Below are positions 19,511 through 28,913 of a DNA stretch of 64,000 nucleotides, piece after piece. The notes under the pieces are model-generated. The model was not told the DNA's origin, searched no databases, and saw nothing but the letters and a program-made list of their open reading frames with translations. The position numbers and the translations under genes were made by a program. Position 1 is the stretch's first letter. The number at the start of each line of letters is the position of its first letter. Source of the stretch: Candidatus Ryanbacteria bacterium CG10_big_fil_rev_8_21_14_0_10_43_42 (GTDB lineage Bacteria; Patescibacteriota; Minisyncoccia; Ryanbacterales; 2-02-FULL-48-12); NCBI GenBank assembly GCA_002793915.1, contig PFEF01000006.1, positions 24,697 through 88,696 of the forward strand, in the 5' to 3' direction.

Positions 19511-20721
19511 ATATATCAGATATAAAAAAAGATTTTCCGATATTTACAACCAATCCCGATCTTATATTTCTTGATAGTGCGGCCACCGCTCAAGTTCCCC
19601 GGCAGGTAACGGACGTCATGAATGAGTATTATCATTCATTTAAGGCAAATGTGCATAGCGGTATATATCCCATAGGCGTGCGTGCAGTCGAGGAATATGA
19701 AAAAGCGCGGCATACCGTAGCTTCGTTTATTGACGCCGATCAGGAGGAAATTGTTTTTACGGGAGGAGCCACTACTGCTTTAAATATGATATCCCGTATG
19801 CTTGCGGGCGGTATAAAAGAAGGAGATGAAATAGTGGTGACGGATCTGGAGCATCACAGCAACTTTATTCCGTGGCAACAACTTGCTCGGGTGGCAGGCG
19901 CGCACCTACGCAGTATACCTATAAAGCAGGATGGGACTATTTCTTTGGATGACGTGCAAGACATAATTACCGAAAAAACAAAAATAGTTGCCGTAACACA
20001 TGTGTCTCAAACATTAGGAACTTATGTGCCAGTGAAGGATATTTGTCGTATGGCGCGGAAAGTGGGGGCATATTCGGTTGTTGATGCGGCGCAAAGCGTG
20101 CCTCATATGCCGGTATCGGTACGGGATATAGATTGCGATTTTCTTGTTATAAGCGGACATAAGGTTGCGGGACCTACGGGCGTCGGTGTTTTATACGGTA
20201 AAAAAGAGGTTTTGCATTCTTTGGAGCCGGTTGTATTTGGCGGTGGCATGATTCGATCCGTTTCCGTTGAAGAATCTTTGTGGGCAGACATACCGGCAAA
20301 ATTTGAAGCGGGAACACTGCCGGTTGCCGAAGCTCTTGGTCTTGCTTCAGCTATGGATTACCTAAGCGGTATTGGTATGGACGTTATAAAAAAACATGAG
20401 AATGACATAACGCATTACGCGCTCTCGGAATTAAAAGCTCTTTCCGGTGTAACGCTGTTTGGTCCGGGAGATGCTGACAAACAAGGCGGTATTATTTCAT
20501 TTCTTGTGTCCGGCGTGCATCCGCATGATACGGCCGAAATTTTAGCCAAAAATGGTATAGCGGTGCGTGCGGGGCATCATTGCGCTATGCCACTCATGAA
20601 GAAATTGGATGTATCAGGTACCGTACGCGTAAGTTTTTACATCTACAATACGCGGGAAGATGTTGATGCGCTTATAAAAGGAATAAAAGATGTAAAACAT
20701 ATATTTTCTAAGAATGTATAA
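19507..20721 (+). CDS. sufS: cysteine desulfurase SufS
   Basis: Class II aminotransferase fold, SGHK PLP-Lys motif, RAGHHCA active-site Cys region. Confidence 0.95.
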   Translation: MNISDIKKDFPIFTTNPDLIFLDSAATAQVPRQVTDVMNEYYHSFKANVHSGIYPIGVRAVEEYEKARHTVASFIDADQEEIVFTGGATTALNMISRMLAGGIKEGDEIVVTDLEHHSNFIPWQQLARVAGAHLRSIPIKQDGTISLDDVQDIITEKTKIVAVTHVSQTLGTYVPVKDICRMARKVGAYSVVDAAQSVPHMPVSVRDIDCDFLVISGHKVAGPTGVGVLYGKKEVLHSLEPVVFGGGMIRSVSVEESLWADIPAKFEAGTLPVAEALGLASAMDYLSGIGMDVIKKHENDITHYALSELKALSGVTLFGPGDADKQGGIISFLVSGVHPHDTAEILAKNGIAVRAGHHCAMPLMKKLDVSGTVRVSFYIYNTREDVDALIKGIKDVKHIFSKNV

Positions 20722-21088
20722 TATGGATCAGGATTTATACCGGGAGCAGATACTTGATTTACATAACAACCCTCATAATAAAGGGGTGCTTTCGGGCGCC
20801 TTGCAAGCAACGGAACATAATGCATTATGCGGAGACAGTATAACATTGTATGTTGTGGTAAACGAAAATGATACTATTGTGGAAAGTAGCTTCGATGGTA
20901 CCGGATGTGCTGTAAGTCAGGCATCGGCATCTCTTCTTACGGATTATATAAAAGGAAAGACCGTAGAAGATGTATGTGCTTTGACGCAGAATGATATGGA
21001 ACGCATGTTGGGGGTTTCGCTTAATGTGGTGCGTATGCGATGTGCCGTACTTTCACTGAATGCGGCACAAAAAGCCGTAAAAAAATAA
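20714..21088 (+). CDS. sufU: SufU/IscU-like sulfur acceptor (NifU N-terminal domain)
   Basis: HNPHNKG, ALCGD, GTGCAVSQAS and C-terminal CAV Cys ligands. Confidence 0.85.
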   Translation: MYNMDQDLYREQILDLHNNPHNKGVLSGALQATEHNALCGDSITLYVVVNENDTIVESSFDGTGCAVSQASASLLTDYIKGKTVEDVCALTQNDMERMLGVSLNVVRMRCAVLSLNAAQKAVKK

Positions 21089-21100
21089 AGAATCAGAATA

Positions 21101-21832
21101 ATGAAAAAGAATGTATTACAAATAAATAATATTCATATTGCGGCAGATGCAATGGAGATTGTGCATGGTGTTACATTGGAAATTCCCCGGGGAGAAATCG
21201 TTGCCCTTATGGGACCGAACGGATCCGGAAAGAGTACGCTTGTCAGTGCCCTTATGGGACATCCCCGATTCTGTATTACCGGTGGATCACTTGTTCTTGA
21301 CGGAAAGGATATAACACAACTTCCGGCATACGAAAAAGCACGCAGGGGACTGTTTTTATCTCCCCAGCATCCGCCGGAAATTCCGGGTGTTTCAGTATTT
21401 TCTTTTTTGCGTTCAGTGTACAATATCGTTCAAAAGCATCCCATGTCCGTCCCGGATTTTAAAAATTATATTGAAGAAAAAGCGGCAATGTTGGGTATGG
21501 ATAACGCTTTTCTGAAACGGTCGTTGAATGAGGGTTTTTCCGGCGGAGAGAAGAAACGCATGGAGATGCTTCAACTTTCACTTTTTGTTCCGACATATGC
21601 TTTTCTTGACGAAACTGATTCAGGTCTTGATGTTGATGCTCTTAAGATAATTGCGAATTCTATTGTCCGTATAAAACATGACATGGGCATATTGGTAATT
21701 ACACATCATACCCATATTCTTTCATACCTTGTGCCGGACAAGGTTTATGTCATGAAGGAGGGAAAAATTATACAAGAGGGAGGAAGCGAACTTGCGGAGA
21801 AAATAGAGAAGGAGGGATATCAGTCAATATAA
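21101..21832 (+). CDS. sufC: Fe-S cluster assembly ATPase SufC
   Basis: GPNGSGKSTL Walker A, FSGGEKKR signature, LDETDSGLD Walker B. Confidence 0.95.
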   Translation: MKKNVLQINNIHIAADAMEIVHGVTLEIPRGEIVALMGPNGSGKSTLVSALMGHPRFCITGGSLVLDGKDITQLPAYEKARRGLFLSPQHPPEIPGVSVFSFLRSVYNIVQKHPMSVPDFKNYIEEKAAMLGMDNAFLKRSLNEGFSGGEKKRMEMLQLSLFVPTYAFLDETDSGLDVDALKIIANSIVRIKHDMGILVITHHTHILSYLVPDKVYVMKEGKIIQEGGSELAEKIEKEGYQSI

Positions 21833-21838
21833 GGTGTT

Positions 21839-22129
21839 ATGATTACGAAAGAACAGGTTATAGAAATATTAAAGACTATAAAAGATCCGGAGTTGGATCT
21901 TGATGTTTGGACGCTTGGGCTTATTTATGATATTTCGGTAACAGACGGAAAGGATATTTATATGATAATGACATTTACAACACCTCTTTGTCCGTATGGG
22001 ACGGAAATGGCGGGTACTATTAAAGAAAAAATCGTAAAGAATCTTAAGCCGAAATCTCTTAAAATTGAAGTTACGTTTGATCCGCCCTGGGAGCCGTCGG
22101 AAGGGCTTCGTGAAATGTTAGGTGTATGA
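21839..22129 (+). CDS. sufT: SufT/DUF59 (MIP18-family) Fe-S assembly protein
   Basis: IKDPELDLDVWTLGLIYDI...TPLCPYG, the DUF59 pattern. Last gene of the suf operon. Confidence 0.8.
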   Translation: MITKEQVIEILKTIKDPELDLDVWTLGLIYDISVTDGKDIYMIMTFTTPLCPYGTEMAGTIKEKIVKNLKPKSLKIEVTFDPPWEPSEGLREMLGV

Positions 22130-22172
22130 TATTATTTTTTAGGATACTTCTGAAACAGGAGGAAAGTTCTTT

Positions 22173-22271
22173 ATGAATAAAGATGATCCCGATGGATGGA
22201 TTGTAACATGTGTGCTTGCGTGTCTTACCGTCGTATCAATTATTTCCGGAATGTTATTTATGGTGTATTAA
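22173..22271 (+). CDS. small hydrophobic peptide (32 aa)
   Basis: aggaggaaagttctttATG SD. MNKDDPDGWIVTCVLACLTVVSIISGMLFMVY. T-rich terminator follows. Under 60 aa, so absent from the ORF track. Confidence 0.3.
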   Translation: MNKDDPDGWIVTCVLACLTVVSIISGMLFMVY

Positions 22272-22278
22272 CGATAAG

Positions 22279-22302
22279 GAGCGACTTTGGTCGTTTTTTT
22301 TT
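22279..22302 (+). terminator. weak-stem, long U-run terminator after the suf operon/small peptide
   Basis: gagcgactttggtcgttttttttt. Confidence 0.45.
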
Positions 22303-22372
22303 AAACAATTAAAAAATAATTTCCCATAATGTGATATACTTAAGAAATAAGTTATAAAATTAGGTTGCGGGT

Positions 22373-22978
22373 ATGAATAAAAAAGAAGTTGAAATTATTA
22401 AAGAGGAACGAACCAGATCACATCCCCCATACGGAGCATTTTTAATTTTTTCCCTCTTTGTTTTTGTGTGGGCGGTTTTTTTATACAAATACACGCCGGG
22501 TGAAATTGTTGAAATGATAGGCATTGAAAACGGTTTTATTATTGCTTTTGTCGCCGCATTTCTGGGCGGTCTCTCCACGTTTTCTTCGGTGCCGTATACT
22601 CTTATTATTGTTACACTTGGTGCGGGAGGGCTTCATCCATTGGGTCTTGGTCTCGTGGCGTCACTGGGACTTTTTTTGGGAGATTCCACATCATATTTTT
22701 TAGGGTATTATGGTAATGGCGTGGTGCCGTCCCGTTTGCAAGAGTATCTGCAAAGATTCCATAATTGGCTTGTGCAAGAGCGGTTTACATCCGTTATGCC
22801 GTTCTTTATTTTTTTGTATGGTGCTTTATTTCCGTTTTCGAATGATGTTGTGGTAATATCGTTCGGCCTTGCGCGTTATCCGTATTGGAAGGTTATGATT
22901 CCGCTTACGCTCGGAGCTGTTGTTTTTAATACGATGATGGCGTACGTGGGCCTCTATGGCATTCGATTATTCGGGTAA
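22373..22978 (+). CDS. DedA/TVP38/SNARE-associated family membrane protein
   Basis: LGLVASLGLFLGDSTSYFLGYYG matches the DedA core motif. Multiple TM helices. Confidence 0.75.
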   Translation: MNKKEVEIIKEERTRSHPPYGAFLIFSLFVFVWAVFLYKYTPGEIVEMIGIENGFIIAFVAAFLGGLSTFSSVPYTLIIVTLGAGGLHPLGLGLVASLGLFLGDSTSYFLGYYGNGVVPSRLQEYLQRFHNWLVQERFTSVMPFFIFLYGALFPFSNDVVVISFGLARYPYWKVMIPLTLGAVVFNTMMAYVGLYGIRLFG

Positions 22979-22990
22979 TAAGAGGAAGTT

Positions 22991-23617
22991 TTATCGAAGA
23001 GAAAGGAAGGTGTCTATTTTTTTCTTAATCGCTTCCCATACATCTTCCCGTGTCTGTAGAGCATTAATAATATGCCATGTTGCGGAATCCTCCTTTGCTT
23101 GCGCAAGAAATCCATTACGTACTTTTTCATGAAAGTCTATTTTTTCGGCATCGAAACGTGATGTCGCTTCTTCTCGCGTAAGAATCATTTTTGGATCAGC
23201 ATCGAGAAGGAATATTATATCGGGCCATATGCCTTTTCGTGCGCGCGCGCTTTTTTTCTTTATATGATCAATGGATATACCGCGTGCATATCCTTGATAG
23301 GCAATAGTAGAAGGCTCGAATCTATCCAGGAGAATAATCTTTTTTTCCTGTAGGGCCGGAATAATGGTGTTTTGTATGTGAAGTGCGCGATCTCTGCAAA
23401 ACAAATTAAGTTCCTCTTCCGGTGTGAGTACGCCTTTCATGTCTAAGAGTTTCGTGCGAATAGAGGGGTCGCCTCCACCCGGTTCATGGCTTGAGAGTAC
23501 CGTATATCCATGCGCTTTAAGATATTCTTTCGTGTACGCAATTTGAGTTGTCTTGCCGGCTTTTTCACCTCCCTCAAAGAGAATCAGCATACCTTGTGAT
23601 GGGGTGATTTCAGTCAT
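22991..23617 (-). CDS. tmk: thymidylate kinase
   Basis: [18 protein letters not shown]-loop at the N-terminus. Start chosen at the internal Met (MTEITPSQG...) of the 214-aa ORF. Confidence 0.85.
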   Translation of the reverse strand: MTEITPSQGMLILFEGGEKAGKTTQIAYTKEYLKAHGYTVLSSHEPGGGDPSIRTKLLDMKGVLTPEEELNLFCRDRALHIQNTIIPALQEKKIILLDRFEPSTIAYQGYARGISIDHIKKKSARARKGIWPDIIFLLDADPKMILTREEATSRFDAEKIDFHEKVRNGFLAQAKEDSATWHIINALQTREDVWEAIKKKIDTFLSLR

Positions 23618-23651
23618 ACAATGGAAGTATATCATAAAAAAGAATACCTGT

Positions 23652-24473
23652 ATGAAGCAGTATATTGATGCGCTTACCCATATTATGGATCATGGAGTTG
23701 ATAGACCTACGCGTACGGGGGTAGATACGCGTGGTGTATTTGGTATGCAGATGCGCTATGCTATGGCGGATGGATTTCCAGCGGTCACCACGAAAAAACT
23801 TGCATTTAAATCCATTACAGCGGAACTTCTTTGGCTTCTGTCGGGGAGTTCCGATGTAAAAGATTTACAGAAATTGGGATCCCATATATGGGACGCTAAT
23901 GCCAATGCGGATTATTGGAAACCGAAAGCGCGTTTTGAAGGTGATCTGGGACGCGTATATGGCGTGCAGTGGCGTTCGTGGAAAGCACCGGATGGTAGAG
24001 AGATTGATCAGATAGCGGAAGCCATACGTCGTATTAAAGAAACGCCTCATGATAGGCGTATTATTGTAACAGCGTGGAATCCTGGAGAATTGGATCAGAT
24101 GGCACTTCCGCCATGTCATGCTTTTTTTCAGTTTTCTGTGGCTGATAGCAAACTTTCATTGCAAATGTACCAGCGGTCATGCGATATGTTTTTAGGCGTT
24201 CCGTTCAATATTGCTTCGTATGCGCTTTTACTGCATATGGTGGCGCAGGTTACGGACCTGGTGCCGGGTGATTTTATTCATACGTTAGGAGACGCGCATA
24301 TCTACCATAATCATTTTGATCAGGTGCGTGAGCAGATATCACGAACGCCGTATCCATCACCTAAACTTGTTCTGCGTTCGGCTGTGCGTAACATTAATGA
24401 TTTTACTATGAAGGATATTACGTTGGAGCATTATCAGCATCACCCTTCCATTAAGGCGGATATGGCCGTTTAA
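23652..24473 (+). CDS. thyA: thymidylate synthase
   Basis: MKQYIDAL..., [23 protein letters not shown] (catalytic Cys). ORF-track start 23553 overlaps tmk; the ATG at 23652 was chosen. Confidence 0.95.
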   Translation: MKQYIDALTHIMDHGVDRPTRTGVDTRGVFGMQMRYAMADGFPAVTTKKLAFKSITAELLWLLSGSSDVKDLQKLGSHIWDANANADYWKPKARFEGDLGRVYGVQWRSWKAPDGREIDQIAEAIRRIKETPHDRRIIVTAWNPGELDQMALPPCHAFFQFSVADSKLSLQMYQRSCDMFLGVPFNIASYALLLHMVAQVTDLVPGDFIHTLGDAHIYHNHFDQVREQISRTPYPSPKLVLRSAVRNINDFTMKDITLEHYQHHPSIKADMAV

Positions 24474-24477
24474 CTCT

Positions 24478-24972
24478 ATGAATATATCGATTATAGCGGC
24501 CATGGGGGAGAATGGTGTGATTGGTAATAAGGGAAAGTTGCCGTGGGATATGCCTGCAGACATGCGGCATTTTCGCTCTTGCACGGTAGGGAGACCGGTA
24601 GTGATGGGGAGTAAGACATTCGCATCCATTGGTCATCCGCTTTCAGAAAGAAAAAATATCATACTTACCCGCAACAAGGCGTATATCGCGGCACATGGGT
24701 GTTTAGTTATGTATTCACCTCACGAAATTATGGAAAAATATAAAGAAGAACAGGAACTTATGGTTATTGGAGGTGCCGGAATATATGAAACATTTCTTCC
24801 GTACGCACATTATATGTATCTAACATACATTAAACATGTTTTTGAAGGGGATGTATATTTTCCATCGTTTAATGAAGACGAATGGAGTGAAATATCGCGA
24901 GAAGACCACGAAGCCGATAAAGAAAATCCATACCCATATGCATTCATTACCCGTAAGCGAAAATGTATATGA
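24478..24972 (+). CDS. folA: dihydrofolate reductase
   Basis: ISIIAAMGENGVIGNKGKLPW...VVMGSKTF, classic DHFR N-terminus. 4 nt after thyA. Confidence 0.9.
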   Translation: MNISIIAAMGENGVIGNKGKLPWDMPADMRHFRSCTVGRPVVMGSKTFASIGHPLSERKNIILTRNKAYIAAHGCLVMYSPHEIMEKYKEEQELMVIGGAGIYETFLPYAHYMYLTYIKHVFEGDVYFPSFNEDEWSEISREDHEADKENPYPYAFITRKRKCI

Positions 24973-25403
24973 AAATTTCAATAAAACGAATAGATAAAAC
25001 ATTGCCGTTGCCGGAATATAAAACAGAAGGAGCGGCGGCTTTTGATATGTATGCACGCGTAGATGTGGTTATAGAGCCGGGAACAATTGGTATTATTCCC
25101 TCAAATCTTATCATTAAATCCCCGCCGGATTATGTTCTTATTATGGCATCTCGCTCCAGTACGCCAAAGCGCGGACTTATTATTCCGCATGGCATTGGTA
25201 TCGTGGACGGGGATTATTGTGGAAACAAAGATGAGCTTGGGTGTCAGGTATACAACATCACAAAAGACCCTGTACATATTAAACGAGGGGAACGCATTGG
25301 ACAGGCTCTGTTTGTGCGTCTGGGAAAAGTATCTAAGTGGGAAGAAACAGATTCGATGGAGAACAATAGCAGGGGAGGGTTTGGTAGTACGGGAATTACG
25401 TAA
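24969..25403 (+). CDS. dut: dUTP diphosphatase
   Basis: AAAFDMYA, GLIIPHGIGIVDGDYCG, RGGFGSTG dUTPase motifs. ATGA overlap with the folA stop (the ATG at 24963 is an alternative start). Confidence 0.9.
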   Translation: MKISIKRIDKTLPLPEYKTEGAAAFDMYARVDVVIEPGTIGIIPSNLIIKSPPDYVLIMASRSSTPKRGLIIPHGIGIVDGDYCGNKDELGCQVYNITKDPVHIKRGERIGQALFVRLGKVSKWEETDSMENNSRGGFGSTGIT

Positions 25404-26529
25404 GATTAATGGTTATTTTTCCGGGTAAACGAAAGTGTTTGGAAAGCACTGCTGTGCGGGACTGATTAGTATAATGGGATGTTTCAACCTCATCATAATG
25501 CTTTTCGGGAAGATGGGTTAAATGTTCAAAGCGAAATTTGGCAATAGGTTGTCCATCGCGCAGAGCCACGTCTTGAAAAAGGGGACGCACTTCCATAACA
25601 GCGGTTCGTCCTTTTCCTTCGCCATCTTTCCCCCATCCCCATCCGGGATCAAAAAATCCCGCATAGTGCGAACGGAATTCACCGGCGCGTTCGTCCATGG
25701 GAACAATTTCGGAAGCAAGATAGGGAGGTACACGAATAGCTTCTTTTGTGCGAAGAATATAAAAATGCCCTTGCTTTAAAAGAATGCGTCCGTTTCTACA
25801 AAACACGGGGCGGAAAAAGGTGAATGGGTCATGTTCACGTTTTTTAGAGAGGTCTAATACGGCATTTCCCGGAATACTTTCCCATCCGACATGTTCTCCG
25901 GAAAGATCCACGGTAAGAATAAGAGATCCGTCTCGGTCGCTCATATGAAGATTTTGATAACGTATGGGTGTGCCAGAAGCATCCCATAAGAGTTTATCGC
26001 GTTCAATTGCGAGTTGCAATTCGAGTTCCGAAAGGCGGGTGTCATGTGTGAAAAACCGTATTTGGGAAAGTTTTTCTCCGGGCGGTATGTTGGTTGAAAA
26101 TGAATTGGGTGTAATAGTTACCCATAATTCTCCTTTATATCCGGCGGGAGCAAAGTCAAAGCGCGGTATGCCGTCTGCGAGGACGCGTACATGTATATCA
26201 TTTCGGCCGGTACTTGATTTGGGATTACAGTAAGCATATACCTCATGAGGGAGCGCAAGAGATTCCCGAAGACGAGCCAGATAAGTATTACCCCTTATTA
26301 GTGGTTCGTGTGGCGCGTGCGGCGTTGTATGTACTTCTTTCATGAGGTTGCGTATGGATTCGTTTGGGTATGGAAGAAATACTTCATTAATGCGGTACAA
26401 TTCGTCTGATAATGCGAGATCGAGAGATGCGGGGCTTATGTTTTCCATTTCTGCGCCATGAATATGGCCCGCATTGATAAGATCGCGAATCAGCTGAACG
26501 GGAAGGGCGCCTATGTTTTTGGTAGTCAT
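25396..26529 (-). CDS. two-domain dCTP deaminase-like protein (double dUTPase fold, DCD/PF06559-like impression)
   Basis: 377 aa. ASLDL and AGFFDPGWG resemble Dcd motifs. Sits between dut and the zwf block. Assignment from motif memory only. Confidence 0.45.
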   Translation of the reverse strand: MTTKNIGALPVQLIRDLINAGHIHGAEMENISPASLDLALSDELYRINEVFLPYPNESIRNLMKEVHTTPHAPHEPLIRGNTYLARLRESLALPHEVYAYCNPKSSTGRNDIHVRVLADGIPRFDFAPAGYKGELWVTITPNSFSTNIPPGEKLSQIRFFTHDTRLSELELQLAIERDKLLWDASGTPIRYQNLHMSDRDGSLILTVDLSGEHVGWESIPGNAVLDLSKKREHDPFTFFRPVFCRNGRILLKQGHFYILRTKEAIRVPPYLASEIVPMDERAGEFRSHYAGFFDPGWGWGKDGEGKGRTAVMEVRPLFQDVALRDGQPIAKFRFEHLTHLPEKHYDEVETSHYTNQSRTAVLSKHFRLPGKITINLT

Positions 26530-26600
26530 GGTCTTAGATTATCACCCGTTCGAAAGAAGGGCAATTTTTGCGAATTTGCAAAGCAATGTATAATGACTAT

Positions 26601-28007
26601 ATGGAATCCCCCACAACATTTGTCATATTTGGTGCCACTGGAGATCTCGCGCGGAAAAAACTAATTCCGGCACTGTTTGATTTATATGTAAAAAAAATGT
26701 TGCCGGATGTTTTTTATATTATGGGGTTTTCCCGGCGAGTTTGTGAGATAGAAACATTTCATGATATGGTGCGGGATGCTATTGGGGAGAAAATGCATAA
26801 TCACGCGAAGGAAAAGGAGGATGCTTTTTTAAAACATGTTTCGTATGTGCAAGGATCGTTCGAAGATGCTGAAGCATATAAAAATCTTGCCGAAGCCCTT
26901 ATAACTCTTGATAACATTCTTGCAAAAAAATGTTCTAATAAGATTTTTTATCTTGCGGTTCCTCCCATATCGTTTGCGTCTATTTTTACAAATTTGGCGG
27001 ATGCAGGTCTTTCCATTCCGTGTGTGGGTGGGTGGACGCGTATTTTGGTGGAAAAGCCGTTTGGAAAAGATTTGCATACGGCGCAGGAACTTGATGCAAC
27101 GTTGGGACTACTCTTTAAAGAAGAGCAGATTTTTCGTATTGACCATTATCTTGCTAAAGAAACAATACAGAATATTATTGCATTTCGTTTTGCAAACACC
27201 ATTTTTGGTCCGCTTTGGGATAAAGACCATATAGAAAAGGTGGAAGTGCAATTGTTGGAAGATATCGATGTGGGCACGCGCGGATCATTTTATGATGGCG
27301 TAGGAGCGCTTAGAGATTTGGGGCAAAGTCATATTCTTCAAATGGTGGCGCTTATTGCTATGGAAGATCCGAAAGAGTTGGATGCGTCTTTAATTCGTGC
27401 GGCGCGCGCAAAGGTATTTACGTGCCTGCGTCCTTTTACAAAAAATGATATCAAAACACAGGTGGTACGCGGACAGTACGTTGGTTATCGGGATACGAAA
27501 GGTGTCGATCCCAATTCCGCAACGGAGACATATTTTCGTATGAAGACATATATTGATAATGAACGATGGCGCGATGTGCCGTTTTATTTGGAAGCGGGAA
27601 AAGCACTGCATGAGAAACGAACAGAGATAACCTTATATTTTCGGGAAAAGGTATCGTGTGTATGTCCGAAGGATACCGATCAGCATCATCAAAATATGTT
27701 AACCATTCGTCTTCAGCCGAATGAAGGAATGTCCCTTTTATTCTGGGTAAAAAAACCCGGGTTTGGCATGGATTTAGAGCCACAGCGCTTATCGTTTTCG
27801 TACGCTGATTCTCCCAACGCTGTTATGTTCCCGGATGCTTATGAGCGCGTACTTCATGATTGCGTTCGGGGAGATCAGACATTATTTGCAAGTACGGAAG
27901 AAGTTAATGCGGAGTGGAAGTTTATAACACCCATACTCCAGAATTGGCAGGATAATCCCTTGATGGAGTATGAAAAAGGGAGCAAGCCCAAGCATACTAT
28001 AAGCTAA
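26601..28007 (+). CDS. zwf: glucose-6-phosphate dehydrogenase
   Basis: FVIFGATGDLARKKLIPALF (NADP site), RIDHYLAKETIQNI (substrate motif). ORF-track start 26568 is a TTG; ATGs at 26586 or 26601 are possible, and 26601 gives a canonical N-terminus. Confidence 0.9.
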   Translation: MESPTTFVIFGATGDLARKKLIPALFDLYVKKMLPDVFYIMGFSRRVCEIETFHDMVRDAIGEKMHNHAKEKEDAFLKHVSYVQGSFEDAEAYKNLAEALITLDNILAKKCSNKIFYLAVPPISFASIFTNLADAGLSIPCVGGWTRILVEKPFGKDLHTAQELDATLGLLFKEEQIFRIDHYLAKETIQNIIAFRFANTIFGPLWDKDHIEKVEVQLLEDIDVGTRGSFYDGVGALRDLGQSHILQMVALIAMEDPKELDASLIRAARAKVFTCLRPFTKNDIKTQVVRGQYVGYRDTKGVDPNSATETYFRMKTYIDNERWRDVPFYLEAGKALHEKRTEITLYFREKVSCVCPKDTDQHHQNMLTIRLQPNEGMSLLFWVKKPGFGMDLEPQRLSFSYADSPNAVMFPDAYERVLHDCVRGDQTLFASTEEVNAEWKFITPILQNWQDNPLMEYEKGSKPKHTIS

Positions 28008-28018
28008 TATAAAAACAT

Positions 28019-28912
28019 ATGAAGCTAGGTTATATCGGTCTTGGAAAAATGGGACTTAATATGGTGGAGCACTTGCTTGAACAAAAGCATGAACTTGTTG
28101 TCTTTGATGAAAATAGAGAGGTTATGCAACGCATTGCGTGGGGTGGCGTGAAAACCGCTACATCTGTGTGGGACGTTGTTAATTCGCTCGAAGGACCGCG
28201 CCTTATCTGGCTTATGGTGCCGCATACCGTGGTGGATGCAGTAATTGATGATTTAATTCCCATCTTGAAGGAAGACGATACCATTATCGATGGCGGAAAT
28301 TCGTTCTATAAAAATTCAATGGCGAATGCAAAAAAGTTGGAAGAGGTGGGAATTAATTTTTTGGACGTAGGGACATCGGGAGGGCCTAAGGGCGCGCGTG
28401 ATGGAGCATGTCTTATGATTGGGGGCAAAAAAGAAATATACAAAAAGTTTGAACCGTTATTCAAGGACATTGCCGCTCCCGATGCGTATGGTTATATGGG
28501 ACCATCCGGTGCGGGACATTTTGTTAAGATGGTGCATAACGGTATTGAGTACGGTATGATGCAAGCAATGGGAGAGGGTTTTCAAATTATGCAGACATCT
28601 CCTTTTGGTTTGGATTTGCCTAAAATAGCCGATGTATATAATCATCGTTCTGTGGTGGAGTCACGTCTCACGGAGTGGCTGGTGGAAGCGTATAAGACGC
28701 ATGGCGCTGACCTTGCCGATATTTCCGGTTCAGTCAAGCAAAGCGGAGAAGGGCTTTGGACTGTAGAGGCGGCGAAAGAGCTGGGCGTGTCAGCACCCAT
28801 TATTGAAGGCGCGGTAAAATTTCGTACGGAGTCGGAACATAATCCCAGTTATGCGGGGAAGATATTGTCGGCTTTGCGCACCACTTTTGGGGGGCATGAG
28901 GTAAAAAAATGA
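28019..28912 (+). CDS. gnd: 6-phosphogluconate dehydrogenase (decarboxylating), short YqeC-type
   Basis: MKLGYIGLGKMGLNMVEHL Rossmann N-terminus, HNGIEYGMMQA catalytic region. 297 aa short form. Confidence 0.85.
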   Translation: MKLGYIGLGKMGLNMVEHLLEQKHELVVFDENREVMQRIAWGGVKTATSVWDVVNSLEGPRLIWLMVPHTVVDAVIDDLIPILKEDDTIIDGGNSFYKNSMANAKKLEEVGINFLDVGTSGGPKGARDGACLMIGGKKEIYKKFEPLFKDIAAPDAYGYMGPSGAGHFVKMVHNGIEYGMMQAMGEGFQIMQTSPFGLDLPKIADVYNHRSVVESRLTEWLVEAYKTHGADLADISGSVKQSGEGLWTVEAAKELGVSAPIIEGAVKFRTESEHNPSYAGKILSALRTTFGGHEVKK

Positions 28913-28913
28913 T

